Origin: Eledone cirrhosa
Taxonomy: Eukaryota
Reading direction: 5' to 3'
Assembly (NCBI GenBank): GCA_964016885.1
Contig: OZ024740.1
Span: 327,112,001-327,176,000 of the forward strand
Length of the DNA: 64,000 bases
The notes under the pieces are model-generated. The model did not search any database, had not been told where the DNA came from, and saw only the letters and a program-made list of their open reading frames with translations. This document shows, piece by piece, positions 13,550 to 26,298 of the stretch. Every line of letters starts with the position of its first letter. The first letter of the stretch is position 1. The position numbers were made by a program, and so were the translations under genes.

Positions 13550-16500
13550 CTGTCTAAACAGTAATTAATTTAACAAGTTCAAAGACTGTATTAGCAAATC
13601 GTTAGCGAGTTGATAGACAAACATCATCACCATCATCATCCTTAACAGCAGCAGCAGCAGTAGCAGTGAGAGGAGTAGGAGTAATATCATAGGATTACAA
13701 AGACGAATACCTATAATGGTACACTCACCTTGCTAAAAACAGTAATAAAATCTCTCTTAAATTACATCATACCACCTTAAACAGAGACGGATACATTTAA
13801 AAATTATAGGTTTGAATATACTCTCTAAAAATAAGATGAGATAGTCATGGCTGGAACGCCGTTTGTTATAGGCCTGATCGTTCAGGACAGACCTGTGGTT
13901 AAACAACACAAAAAAATAGAGAATGATATAAAGAGCCTCACATCTTTATGAATGCTAACCCGTCTGTCGGAATAAAATATGCTTCTAATGGGGAGACAAA
14001 GTTTACTGCTGTCGACAGCAGTTGCAGTATATAATTGATGAATGTTTCATTCACTGGCAATAGATACTTCAAGGTGTCTAGTGGACAAGGCCAAAGGAAA
14101 GAAAAGATGATATAACAACAAGTAAAATAACATCGACAATGACAATGTTATCACGAATTCATCTCAGTAATTTTACCAGCAGTTCTAGTTGTTGTTGTTG
14201 TTTAGCCTCACGTCAGTTTTGATTAAGCAGACTTACGATGAAAAACATTCTAGCCTTGATGATCTCATATTTGTTTTCAAACATAACATATCTCGCTATA
14301 TAATATCCACTGTAACCTTCCTTTTTTTTAAAATGATTGTGTGCAAGGAGATTTGAAAGCATAAAAATAAAAACTGTTATAAAATATGAAGTGTAGGGTT
14401 AACCCACCATTTTATCTCTAATTTGACTTTGGCCAATAATTTACTAACAATTTTACAAACTAATTTATTAGTGGTTCCTGATTTTATCCACAGTTTTACC
14501 AAAAATCAATCAACTTCTTATCCACGTTCCACGTTTTTACCCACGATCATATCCATAATTTTAAGAACGAATTCATCCACAATTGCCCACCTTTTACCCA
14601 TCTTTTAAACAAATCCCTCTATTCCACCCACATTGCAACGAAGCTACAGCGTCAGTTCACAATCGACGAAGCATTATCAGTTTCAACTGTAATAATATTT
14701 GAATGAAGGATCTCATTTTTCTTTAAAAAAAAAAGGAAAAAAAAAAAAAAAGAAAGAAAAGCTATTCCGCAACAAGAAATGTCGTCTCTCAATACTCGTT
14801 GCTAAATGTTTAGCAAATATTAACTTTTGAGTTATTCACTTTTCTTTCAACTTAAGCAAAAAGTAAGGCTTCATTCTCTGGTAGAGATTATTCATCCCAT
14901 TCAGTTGTAATGAAAATCGGGTAGTTTAAAAAAAATTGCATAATATGTTTTCTAACTTCTTTGTTGTTCTATTGTATTATTGTTCAAAAGATATTTTATT
15001 GATTATGTCAGTTACTGCTTTATGCAACATGGCGCGTATAGAGGATTAGTAACAGCTGGTAGGATCAATTCTTCGCCAATAATATGTGGCTCCCCGGATT
15101 TGTTAATCAGTAATGAAATATTGTAAAAGGCGCGTAACCTATGATTTTGTTAGATTGGTGCAGATGGAGACATACTTGATAATGTCGGATGAATGTAAAA
15201 TTGATTTTGAAGTAGATGAAAATAATATAAATCTTTATTTGTTTTGTCATTATGAAATTTTTCTAGTACTCTTGAAAGTTCCATTGATTTTGACAAATCA
15301 GCTATTGGTAATAAACTGCCACATTTTTAAATATTAGATACTATTCTACAGACGCTTATACTTTGGATGTGAATACCCTATATGCTCTGGTACACTATAA
15401 TAAAGAAACTGAAATTTAGTAGTTTACATTTGTAAAGTATATTTTTTTCTAAAAAATAATGTATATATTAAAACATTTAAATACAGATGTTTGTATAAAC
15501 ATCAAAGGAGCTTTGATACGACAAAATAATGGGTTAGATGTATCCTCAATTGACTTGTGACAAACATACTCATACAGTTAGCTTTGGAAGAGTGGCTTAG
15601 AGGAGCCAAATTACTATCAAATGTTAAACTTTGCTTGCACCCCCATATTTTCTAAAGCTTGCCTACGCAGATCTACACCATCTGGATAGGCGAAATTCAT
15701 GAATAACAGAATAGTTGTACACAATATGGGTCCACTATTCGATGTTGCTGTAGGCTCTCCATCCATCATTCGAAATGTATATACCAGATCTATTTTTCTC
15801 TTAAGTCACGCAGTAACTACCTCTAGCTCTTCAATAAAGAAATATTTGCCAAGTGCCCAGTCACTATCTTTTCATTGTTTCCAGAGGTATTTTCGGTGGA
15901 AATATTTCAATTAATATCAAATATATAGTAGCTAGTTCGCTCTATTATAATTAAAGCTTCTAATCTGTTGGAGATTGAGGTGAATCCACTGTTCGCAAAA
16001 TTCTCTACAAAAATTACATCAATCAACGGAAGTGATTCTACGATCACTGCTTACTAACATGACAATGTCGTTTTGTTGGAAGTCATAAGGCTGACAGTAC
16101 GTTAGCAGAATTACTTTGTAAAGACTTAAGTTACTTTGTATAAGCTTACGTTACTCGCACCAGCTGCCATGAAAATTTGATTTCTTGTTATGGCATAAAC
16201 GTCAATAAGGTTCAATGTGCTTGTCAAAATTGTGGTGATCACAAGTAAATGAATTACTTATTAATTGACGACGTTCCCAACATTGAATACTTGCCCACAT
16301 TTCAGTCATCGAACGAGTAAGATAAGCTGTGGTATCATTTTCTGTAATAATCTGAATTACAAAGATGTCATTAACATTAATAATAGTCATAATATGAGTA
16401 GTTACTGGACGTCCGTGAGGTTATTTGAGTTCAAAAATGTTATTTAAAAATTTAAAAATATTCAAAACGAATATCTTAAAAACATTTTAGGATAAAAAGC

Positions 16501-16731
16501 AACTACAAACGTAAACTGTAACATGATAAAAGTTATTCAGCACTTCCAAGGATGGAGGAGCTCCAAATTTGTGAGTTATTTCAAAATAACACAGCGCACG
16601 CCCTTTAATAATCAATACCCTACAATACAGCACTAAAACCTCAAGCAACTCAGAGTTTACTGATACTACAAGAACACGGAAGTGCACCTGATGGTACAGT
16701 AGAAGTTGTTGAGAAGTTGAGGATGATGATG

Positions 16732-17780
16732 ATAATAATAATTGTTTCTACTTTTAGCACAAGGCTAGCAATTACCCCAGTGCATTACTGATACTTTATT
16801 TTATCGACTCCGTAAGGATGAAAGGCAAAGTTAACCCCGACAGGATTTGAACTCAAACCGTAAAGGGTCGTAACTCTTTGCTGCAAAGCAGGGTGTCCAA
16901 CCCTCTACCAATACTGCCAATCCACCGCTAATAATAATGGTTTCTAATTTAGGCACAAGGCCAGCAATTACCCAGTGCATTACTGGTACTTTATTTTATC
17001 GACCCCGTAAGGATGAAAGGCAAAGTCAACCTCGGCGGGATTTGAACTCAAATCGTAAAGGGACGTAACTATGCTGGAAAGCATGGCGTCCGACCCTCTA
17101 CCGATACTGCCAATCCACCCCGCTAATAATAATGGTTTCTAATTTAGGCACGTGATAGTTCAGTAGAAATTGTTGAGAAGATAATGATGATGATGATGAT
17201 GATGATGATGATAATAATGGTTTCTGAGTTCGGCACAAGGCCAATAATTTTAGGGGAGGGATAAGTCGATTAAATCGACCCTAGTACATTACTGGTACTT
17301 TATTTTATCGACCTTCAAATAAGAGTGGTTTCTTTATTAGCCATACAGTGCTTACATTAAGAGGACAATAAAGATGGTACAGGATGGTACAATGTGGGTT
17401 TCTTGTGTGAGAGAAAGTTTTATAAAGAAAATATTATTTTCTAACGCAGGTACAAGTCTCCAACTTTTATATGAGGGGTTAGTCAGGCGATTCTAGTATC
17501 TATCTGCTACTTATATTTCATCAATCCTAGAATGAATGATGAAAGAGAAAGTCGAGCAGGGTGGGTGTAGCTAAGTACTACAAGTAACTACGAATACACC
17601 ACATCTACGATAGTTGTTTCTAGCATAGGTACGCTTTATTTGTACTTTATATAATTGAGTCGGTAAGGATGAAAAGCAAAGAACACCTGGGCGAGATTTG
17701 AATTCAGAAAGTGATGGGCCTTAACTAAATTCCGCAAGACAGTTTGCCTAACAGTCTAATGATACAACGAATCCACCACT
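16732..17780 (-). mobile_element. Cluster of tandem octopus-type SINEs
   Basis: Full copies ~16732-16930 and ~16930-17125 plus partial/diverged ones; B-box GAGTTCAAATCC, core TTTGCCTTTCATCCTTACGGGGTCGATAAAATAAAGTACCAG, (ATT)n tails. Confidence 0.85.
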
Positions 17781-18462
17781 TTTAAAATAATAGAGCTACA
17801 AGAGTCAAATCTCTCATACCCGACCATAATGATTATATAATGAGCGATAATTTGCATCATAATGATCTATACAAGATAATTTTGGCTAGGAAGTCTATTA
17901 TCATATGTGCCTGATCAAGATTGACCTAGGGCTAAAGAAAGAACAATACCACATCTTACATAAATATATGAATATATATATATATATAAGTATGTACACG
18001 TACATACATATATGTATACAGACGTACAGTAGTATGTATATTTATATACATACATGGACACATATATATATGTACGTATGGATTCACCTATCAATTAATT
18101 TAATTTCTTGTTATAGATCTAAATTCCTTGTGTTTTAAATAAGATTGGATTTCTCACTAATACCTTTACCCTAAAATTTTACTCACCTTCTGTTTTAACA
18201 TTAACATTATTCTTTAATAACATCAAATTTTCGTGTACCCTTCACCGGCTTGACCACTTTTCATCCCCAAAGTATTCTTTTCATTCAAAGTATTCTTTCC
18301 ATTCAAAACTTAAGTCTGCATTGCTCTACCCCTAAATTAAATTTCTACTACTACTATTCTATCAACTTGACCTCTTACTACTTTTCTATTGGTCAATTCG
18401 AAACCTGTTCCCAAACATACCTATTATATTAAATCTTTGTTGTTTTTTTCAATAAACAAATA

Positions 18463-18600
18463 TCATTATTTCTGAAGACAGCATATATATATGTGATGGT
18501 ATGTATATTTCCTCTGATAGTTTATAATATTTTCACATAGATCTATATAATATAAATACCAACACACATATATATCTTAGAAACGATCGTAAAATGATGA
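18463..18600 (+). ncRNA. Type I hammerhead with ~100 nt stem II
   Basis: TCATTATTT-CTGAAGA-[long hairpin]-GAAAC-GATC-GTA-AAATGATGA; 9 bp stem I. Confidence 0.7.
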
Positions 18601-18777
18601 ATTTTTTAATATAAGGAACTTGTTCTTTGTTTTTATTCATTGTTTTATTAATTTATCTTGACTCTGCTTTCCTGGGATTTTCATCGAAAATTTTTGGATG
18701 CATCTTCTCTTTTCATGATATTTGGATTACATTGAGTTCTTCATACGGATTGGACACTACCGTATATTTTGGTACAT

Positions 18778-18933
<156 letters not shown>

Positions 18934-19081
18934 TATAATATATATATAATATATATATAGTAATAATAATAAATTTGAAGACTAAAATCCAAAGATGGCT
19001 CGATAAGGATAAATATATATCAAATATATAAGAACTGTAGAGCAAATATTTTTTTAAATAACAGATTAATAAAATCTGTTA

Positions 19082-19151
<70 letters not shown>

Positions 19152-19584
19152 TAGTTCCTAACCCAATATATACCTTTGATATATATATATATAGATATAT
19201 ATATCGTAGATTGAGTTAGAAACTCAAAATAGTCTTTTACAATTAAATAGCTTCAAAAGATCTAAGAAGTGAAAGGTACGAATTTCCTGGATACCCGCAG
19301 AAGAGCACAGGAATGGTGGCTTTCACTTAATAATTCATGCGAAACAGATTTAGATCTGTCCGGGTATCAAATGGCAGTTGCCCGATATAGGTCTGTTATT
19401 TTTATTGATTTATTACTTTAAATCGAGACAAGCAAACCATTTGTTTTAAATTAGTATTTTTTCAACATGGCTAACTTGGTCATTTGCAATTCGAACACAT
19501 GTATACTTGTATCGGTGTTCATCCCTCTCATATATTCAATTGTATATATATATATATATTTTCAATGTGGCTGTCAAATTAATA

Positions 19585-19652
<68 letters not shown>

Positions 19653-19991
19653 TATCAATATTAATGTTATTGGGCACCCACTGAAGAATTATAAGAGCCC
19701 ACTTGAATAAGTATCTGTTGATCTTATACAAGCTTCTACATAAATTGGTATAACTTCACCTAACTTGTAGAAATCTTATAATGAAACGAGACATCCGTCT
19801 GGGAAGAGATATATTTAATATATCTCATATGAAATAATACAGCCAATTTTCAAAAAAATACAATTAGTTAGCACCCCGAACGTTTAATTGGGAATATACT
19901 CACTTATTTCCTAATGTTTGTTGAGTGAGTTGGGATTTGGCCGGAGTATCGCTATTAGCTTTCTCCGATAATGTATTTATATATATATATA

Positions 19992-20021
<30 letters not shown>

Positions 20022-20025
<4 letters not shown>

Positions 20026-21266
20026 GTGGTTACACAACAGTTAGTTCACCATACCGAGAACAATTGTTTCACCTTAGCGGATCTTCAGCTCGGAATGGGC
20101 ATGGTTATAGGAACAGGAAGGACAACCGTACAACGCGCATGTGCAGAAACCCGATCACTTCACACAGGCAATACTAGACTGCGTGCGAGGGGTGTAAGGG
20201 AGACAACTGCGAAAGTCCGAAAAGTTTTTAGGTTGAAAATAAAATTACAAAGAATCAGTCCGGAGCCTTCTATTTATGCAATAGGTGTTTGGCAACGTGT
20301 GGAGAACGTGTGAAAAATTCATTTCTCGTGTTTAGGCAATCACTATTGCGTAATCTCTTTAGAATAGTAATTCGTTCGTCAAAACATAAGCCACACGTCG
20401 GATTTCCCCTTGTGTATGGCTTGGAATTAGTGATGGCTTTCCATTGAATGGAGTAGTCTATAGTTGAGTCCTCGAGGGATCATACGTGGCTCGCGAGTTT
20501 CGTGGATGAACGTCTGTCCAGGTATCAGAAAGTAGATAGGTGGTTCAGGAAACGTTCTTGAATCGGCCCTCCGCCATGCCCACATAGGATTTGACCTCCT
20601 GTGGTTCGTTTGGTCGGTTGGAAGTGACTACAGCTTCATAGATTACAGCTGGTGTGTTGCATTGCTGTTGAAGGCGGCAAGCTTCAGGCTTACGGCAAGA
20701 GTACCCTGGTGGGGTGTTGCTCCTTGGGCTGCTGGTGATGTGGGCCTTCATGTTCTTAGCGCAGGAGTATCCTAGTTTAACTTTGTGTCGGTTAAAGATG
20801 GAGCGGTATTTATGACCTATGGGGAAGTGTCTATCTAAGAGGGCTAGACATTTTTTCCTACATTGGTTTTAACGTTGAGTAAGAAAGGAGGAGAGAACCA
20901 GATAGTTTGTCTATTGTTGCGCTTACTTTTCTTAATGGTGTTATTGCTAGTGGGAGAGTAAGTGAGAGGTTGCGAGAAGCCGCTGTTAGTCAACGCCGTA
21001 TTATAGTATGGTGCCGCCCTGTCAAAGATAGCCTTATTAGAGGAGAGGTTTGAGATTCTAGTACTGATATTCCTAACGAAGTTTCTAAAAACAGTGGGGG
21101 TGGGAGAGGGGCATGAGTCCTTGTGAATGTAATTAAGTTTCCCGTTTAGCTTATGGAAGGGTCTGTGTGTGTTTGTGCGAAGGTCTAAATTAATGGCTAA
21201 GAAATTTACGCTAGAGAGGTTGGTGGCTACTGTTATCCTAAGACCTAACTCATTGAAGGTAGAAGC
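20022..21266 (-). mobile_element. 5'-truncated, decayed Penelope-like retroelement (Naiad-like): RT C-terminus, GIY-YIG endonuclease, 3' UTR
   Basis: Hand translation gives [79 protein letters not shown], stop at 20270; frameshifts and stops; both ends in (TA)n. Confidence 0.85.
20054..20093 (-). ncRNA. Hammerhead in the 3' UTR/pLTR of the Penelope-like element
   Basis: CCGAG-CTGAAGA-TCCGCTAAGGT-GAAAC-AATT-GTT-CTCGG. Confidence 0.75.
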
Positions 21267-21296
21267 TATATATATATATATATATATATATACATA

Positions 21297-21434
<138 letters not shown>

Positions 21435-21698
21435 TCTATGTATATATCATCACATGTAAACGAATGAACCGACAATCTAATATCCACATACACACATACA
21501 GACGCACGTAACAAATTGATATAAAAAGTCACGTAGACACGTATGTATACAAAACCATACAGGCTGTTCTATAGAGAATGACACATCAATATATATATAC
21601 ACATTTATATGCACAGACAGGCTAATTACTAGATGTTGACAAACTTTTGATTTGATTATTTCTTGTTGAGAGAACACATGAGAATTACACGCATGACT

Positions 21699-21744
<46 letters not shown>

Positions 21745-21777
21745 GAGAGGTATAGAGATTGTTTTAGCAAGAAGCTA

Positions 21778-21821
<44 letters not shown>

Positions 21822-21849
21822 GATTTAATGCTCTGAAATAGCGATATAT

Positions 21850-22185
21850 ATGTGAAGACAAACATAGAATATTCGAAAATATTCTGTATGTTTATAATAA
21901 ACATTTTGAAGACCCAATCGCTATAGAATAGAGCTCTTTCAAACCAGTTCCTGTACACAGCTAAGTATTCTATAAGTCTCTAGCTGTGTCGTTCTCGATA
22001 AAAGCATTGGATATGTAATCCTGATGATTTCTAACAAGAATGAAACGCGTAGATTACTTCCCTTGCTTTTATCGAGAATCTCAAATTGTAATACGTGACG
22101 TATTCTATTCTATAGCGATTGGGTCTTCAAAATGTTTATTATAAACATACAGAATATTTTCGAATATTCTATGTTTGTCTTCATA
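21850..22185. repeat. Element with ~80 bp inverted ends enclosing a hammerhead
   Basis: 21854-21931 is the reverse complement of 22104-22183. Confidence 0.85.
22015..22057 (+). ncRNA. Type I hammerhead motif
   Basis: GTAATC-CTGATGA-TTTCTAACAAGAAT-GAAAC-GC-GTA-GATTAC; perfect stem I; flanked by TTCTCGATAAAAGCA/TGCTTTTATCGAGAA. Confidence 0.8.
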
Positions 22186-22247
22186 TATATATATATATAT
22201 ATGTATGTATATATATATATATATGTATATATATAAATATCTGTATG

Positions 22248-22279
<32 letters not shown>

Positions 22280-22323
22280 TACACACACATGTACACACAT
22301 ATATATATATACATATATATATA

Positions 22324-22497
<174 letters not shown>

Positions 22498-22500
22498 CAC

Positions 22501-22548
<48 letters not shown>

Positions 22549-22641
22549 GTTTATATATATATAAGCGTTAAACTAATATATTCTTTCCACATACTGAACC
22601 GTTTGTGTTGTTATTTCTGTTTACCTTTATATCTATATATA

Positions 22642-22720
<79 letters not shown>

Positions 22721-22729
22721 TAGAATCGA

Positions 22730-22824
22730 GACATATCCGAGGATCATGCGGTTTCAGAGTCAAGTTTGATCAGTGCATCGATCGTGCCTCGAGCTGGTTG
22801 CCAGAGAAACGCTTGTAATATGTC
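22730..22824 (+). ncRNA. Variant hammerhead-like motif (CCGAGGA core), second copy
   Basis: GACATAT-CCGAGGA-[hairpin]-GAAAC-GCTT-GTA-ATATGTC followed by AATAAA. Confidence 0.6.
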
Positions 22825-22859
22825 TAATAAATCTTATTCGTAGCACCACTGATTCTTAT

Positions 22860-22891
<32 letters not shown>

Positions 22892-23392
22892 CTTACATAC
22901 ACACATACAGTAATTAAACTGCTTACAAACAAACAAATTCACATACATATATACACACACAAGTGCATGTATGATTGTGAATGTGTTTGTAAGCAGTTTA
23001 ATTATTGGGTCATTCATTTTACTTATAAGCAAGAAAAAACATGGAAATTATCTCATATTGAACTGTTATTTTAAAGATCATTATAGGTTAATGATTCAAG
23101 ATGTTATGTTGTTTATACATTTCCTACTGCCTCGATGTCCACATATAACCTCGTTTCTGTATTTTGTACATATTCAGTATAAAGTAATGGAAGAGTTGGT
23201 AACCAATTATTTACGTTATATTATCCATGTGAATGTTTTCATTTTAAATAATAACATGGTCACTAAGAATTGGAGAGAAAGATAGATAGATACATAGAAA
23301 TAGAGATAAAGATAGATGGAGATAGATAGATAGATAGGGAGAGAGAGACCGAGAGATAGATAGATAGAGAGAGAGAGAAAGAGAAACAGAGA

Positions 23393-23445
<53 letters not shown>

Positions 23446-23463
23446 AGAGAGAGAGAGAGAGGG

Positions 23464-23499
<36 letters not shown>

Positions 23500-23699
23500 G
23501 AGAGAAAGAGAGAAATAGAGAAAGAGAGAAAGTGAAGAAGAAAAAAGATGAAGATACAAAACAGGCCTATAGTTTTAGAAATAGAAAGAACCAATTTTGA
23601 ATGTATCCATTCCATTTTTTTACTCTGCTAAGACAAAAATGCAGATCATTCAAGTTCAAACTTAGGGGTGCTATTGAGTTTTCCCCTTGTTATGCTTGA

Positions 23700-23886
23700 C
23701 ATTATCGATAGAGCGGTGGATACCCTCCCTTGCAGCATAGAGTTACGACCCTTACGTCAAATCCCGCCGAGCTTAGCTTTGCCTTTCATCCTTACGGGGT
23801 CGATAAAATAAGGCAGCAGTAATGCTCTGGATCGATTTAATCGACGTTCAAATTATTGGCCTTGTGCCTAAAGTAGAAATAGTTAT
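23700..23886 (+). mobile_element. Octopus-type SINE
   Basis: Same core and 3' end (GGCCTTGTGCCTAAAGTAGAAA) as the other copies. Confidence 0.8.
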
Positions 23887-24823
23887 TTCATTTTATTAGA
23901 AGCATCCGTTTGATTATTTGTTTATTTTTCCAAAGTTACGAATTCGGCTGAAAAGTTCATAAGCTGACTCCAAAGCATTGACGCTTGAGGGATGACATCT
24001 TGCATGCTTTAATGTCAACTTTTCTTATTAACAACTGTATCGTTTCTTTCCAAGGACTATGCTGAAAAATAAACCTTATTTCGTCATTTCATGAAAGTAT
24101 CTTTGTCAGCCTATGAACATTACTGCCGAACATCGTACAAATGATAAACGATTTTGTTGTTTCAGGAATTTCTTGCACATATATCCTATTTTACATATTC
24201 ACTCGTTTTATGAAAATAATTATATTGTTTTGATATTAGAAAGAAAATTCATCTTCAATTTGTCGTATGTGTTTTTAAGGATTTCAAGGAAAATAACATA
24301 AATGCAAACATAAATAAGAGAAATAATAGATTGAGCATCCCTTAAATAATAGGTTGCAGCACACGCTACCCATGCATGACAAGGAATAATTACATACACT
24401 TATCAAACAAGAAGAAATAGGATCATGTCACATTGCACATACCATAATTCAAAAAATGATCAGAAATGCAAATAGGAAAGAAAATCAAGAATGTAGCAAC
24501 AACGGTATGTGTAATGGATCCACAGAGATACCATTGCCACCAAAATAAAGCATAAAATCTCAGCAAATATATATACGTATTCCTATACAAACACCTAAAA
24601 GACTCCTACCCAAAACAGGAGAGAAGTGATATTACACGGCTTGGCTATTCTTTTATAACCATTAGTAAGGACTTGTTCTTTTGTTTATGTCTCTCATATT
24701 ATCTTCTCTGCCAATTGGCAGCTTTACATATATTGATATTAATATTGGGCTATAAATGTATATAAGTATAAACAAACATGGCTCTACAAGTACGTGGTGC
24801 CCACATAATTGCAATAGAGACAC

Positions 24824-24915
<92 letters not shown>

Positions 24916-25276
24916 TATATGGAAAGATTCAAGACCCCGACGGGACGACTGAGCTCCGGCCGTTTCGACAGCTAGTTCCGAACTCTAACTCGGATCTGGC
25001 TGTCGAAACGGCCGGAACTCAGCCATCTGGGTCCTGAATCTTTTCATATTACCCACTCCTGCACCCCTAGTATCTGGTGGCTTATGGTCCACCTGGTTTT
25101 TTTTACCGCACCCTATCCGATACACACACATATATATATATACATATACAAATCATACACAAAACCAACAGTTTTGCAAGAGATGCCAACATGAATGGAC
25201 CTATTATTTTTATCTAAAGACATTTTTTCCAATTCAATCGTGCCCGCCCCCTTGATCTATTTTATTTCTCATTCTT

Positions 25277-25312
25277 TCTTCTGATGAAGGACTAGTGTCC
25301 GAAACGTTAAGA
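25277..25312 (+). ncRNA. Minimal hammerhead (family C) in repeat 25150-25400
   Basis: TCTT-CTGATGA-A-GGAC-TAGT-GTCC-GAAAC-GTT-AAGA. Confidence 0.75.
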
Positions 25313-25414
25313 CCCTCTTCCTGCTGTATCAAGCGTTAACCTATTATATACCTTCCATATACTGTACCGATTGTGTTGTTATTTCTGTTTACATTTTACA
25401 TACACGCACACACG

Positions 25415-25532
<118 letters not shown>

Positions 25533-25737
25533 TATATATATATATATATATATAGTGTAGTTATTATTGGTTCACAAATTTGTGCACTCAATGCCAATAT
25601 GGGTTCAGTTGCCGATGTAGTATCCTACGGTTGTTATTATACAGTAGTCTGATTAGGCTATCGGTTCTACAGTCAGGCCTGATCGGTAACTATCGCACAT
25701 TGAGCTGATCGATAGTGAAACGCGCGTCACACGTGAA

Positions 25738-26260
25738 TCATAACTATAATAAAGGGAGGAGTGCGGGACTGCGTTAGTAAAATAAGTTAGTAAAATAAGT
25801 TAGATTACTTGGAATAAATAATGAATGAATATTACATAATTTATCTACTAAATTTCGTAGCTGTTGTTTAAACATAAATATTCTTATATATAATGATTGC
25901 TTATTTTAAAATCATTTCTTTTAAAATTTTCAAATGTCTACACTTCCGGTTAGCGTCCGTTATATCATAACACTTACATTGTTATATTAACATCCATATA
26001 TTTGCATCGTTATATAAGGTTTCATTACATTTCAACGTAATGCAGTTTATATATAATATCGTCTTTTTAAAATGTATCATGGATTACTTTACTGATTACA
26101 GAACACAGTGTAACACAGTCTTCGTTCAATTTCTGTGCATATTGTTAATTACGATTTTATTTGATATATCATATCTACATACATGTATATTTGCATATAA
26201 TATAAATATGCACACTACACATGCTAGCAGAAAACCATCCGGTGGGTGGTTTTTCTGCTA
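25738..26260 (+). mobile_element. Non-autonomous Helitron-like element
   Basis: A|TC..TAACTATAATAAAG start, terminal hairpin ending CTAG|T, no TSD; second copy at 45942-46405 with the same boundaries. Confidence 0.75.
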
Positions 26261-26298
26261 GTGAACATAATGATGCTATATTGATACTACGTTCCTGC

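Noticed and set aside
15500-16450. Possible old coding or transposon remnant
   Set aside because: No convincing motif by hand translation; unresolved
20270-20545. In-frame TGA codons as selenocysteine, as in some Naiads
   Set aside because: They fall at expected Arg and Trp positions in a frameshifted copy, and no clear SECIS is seen
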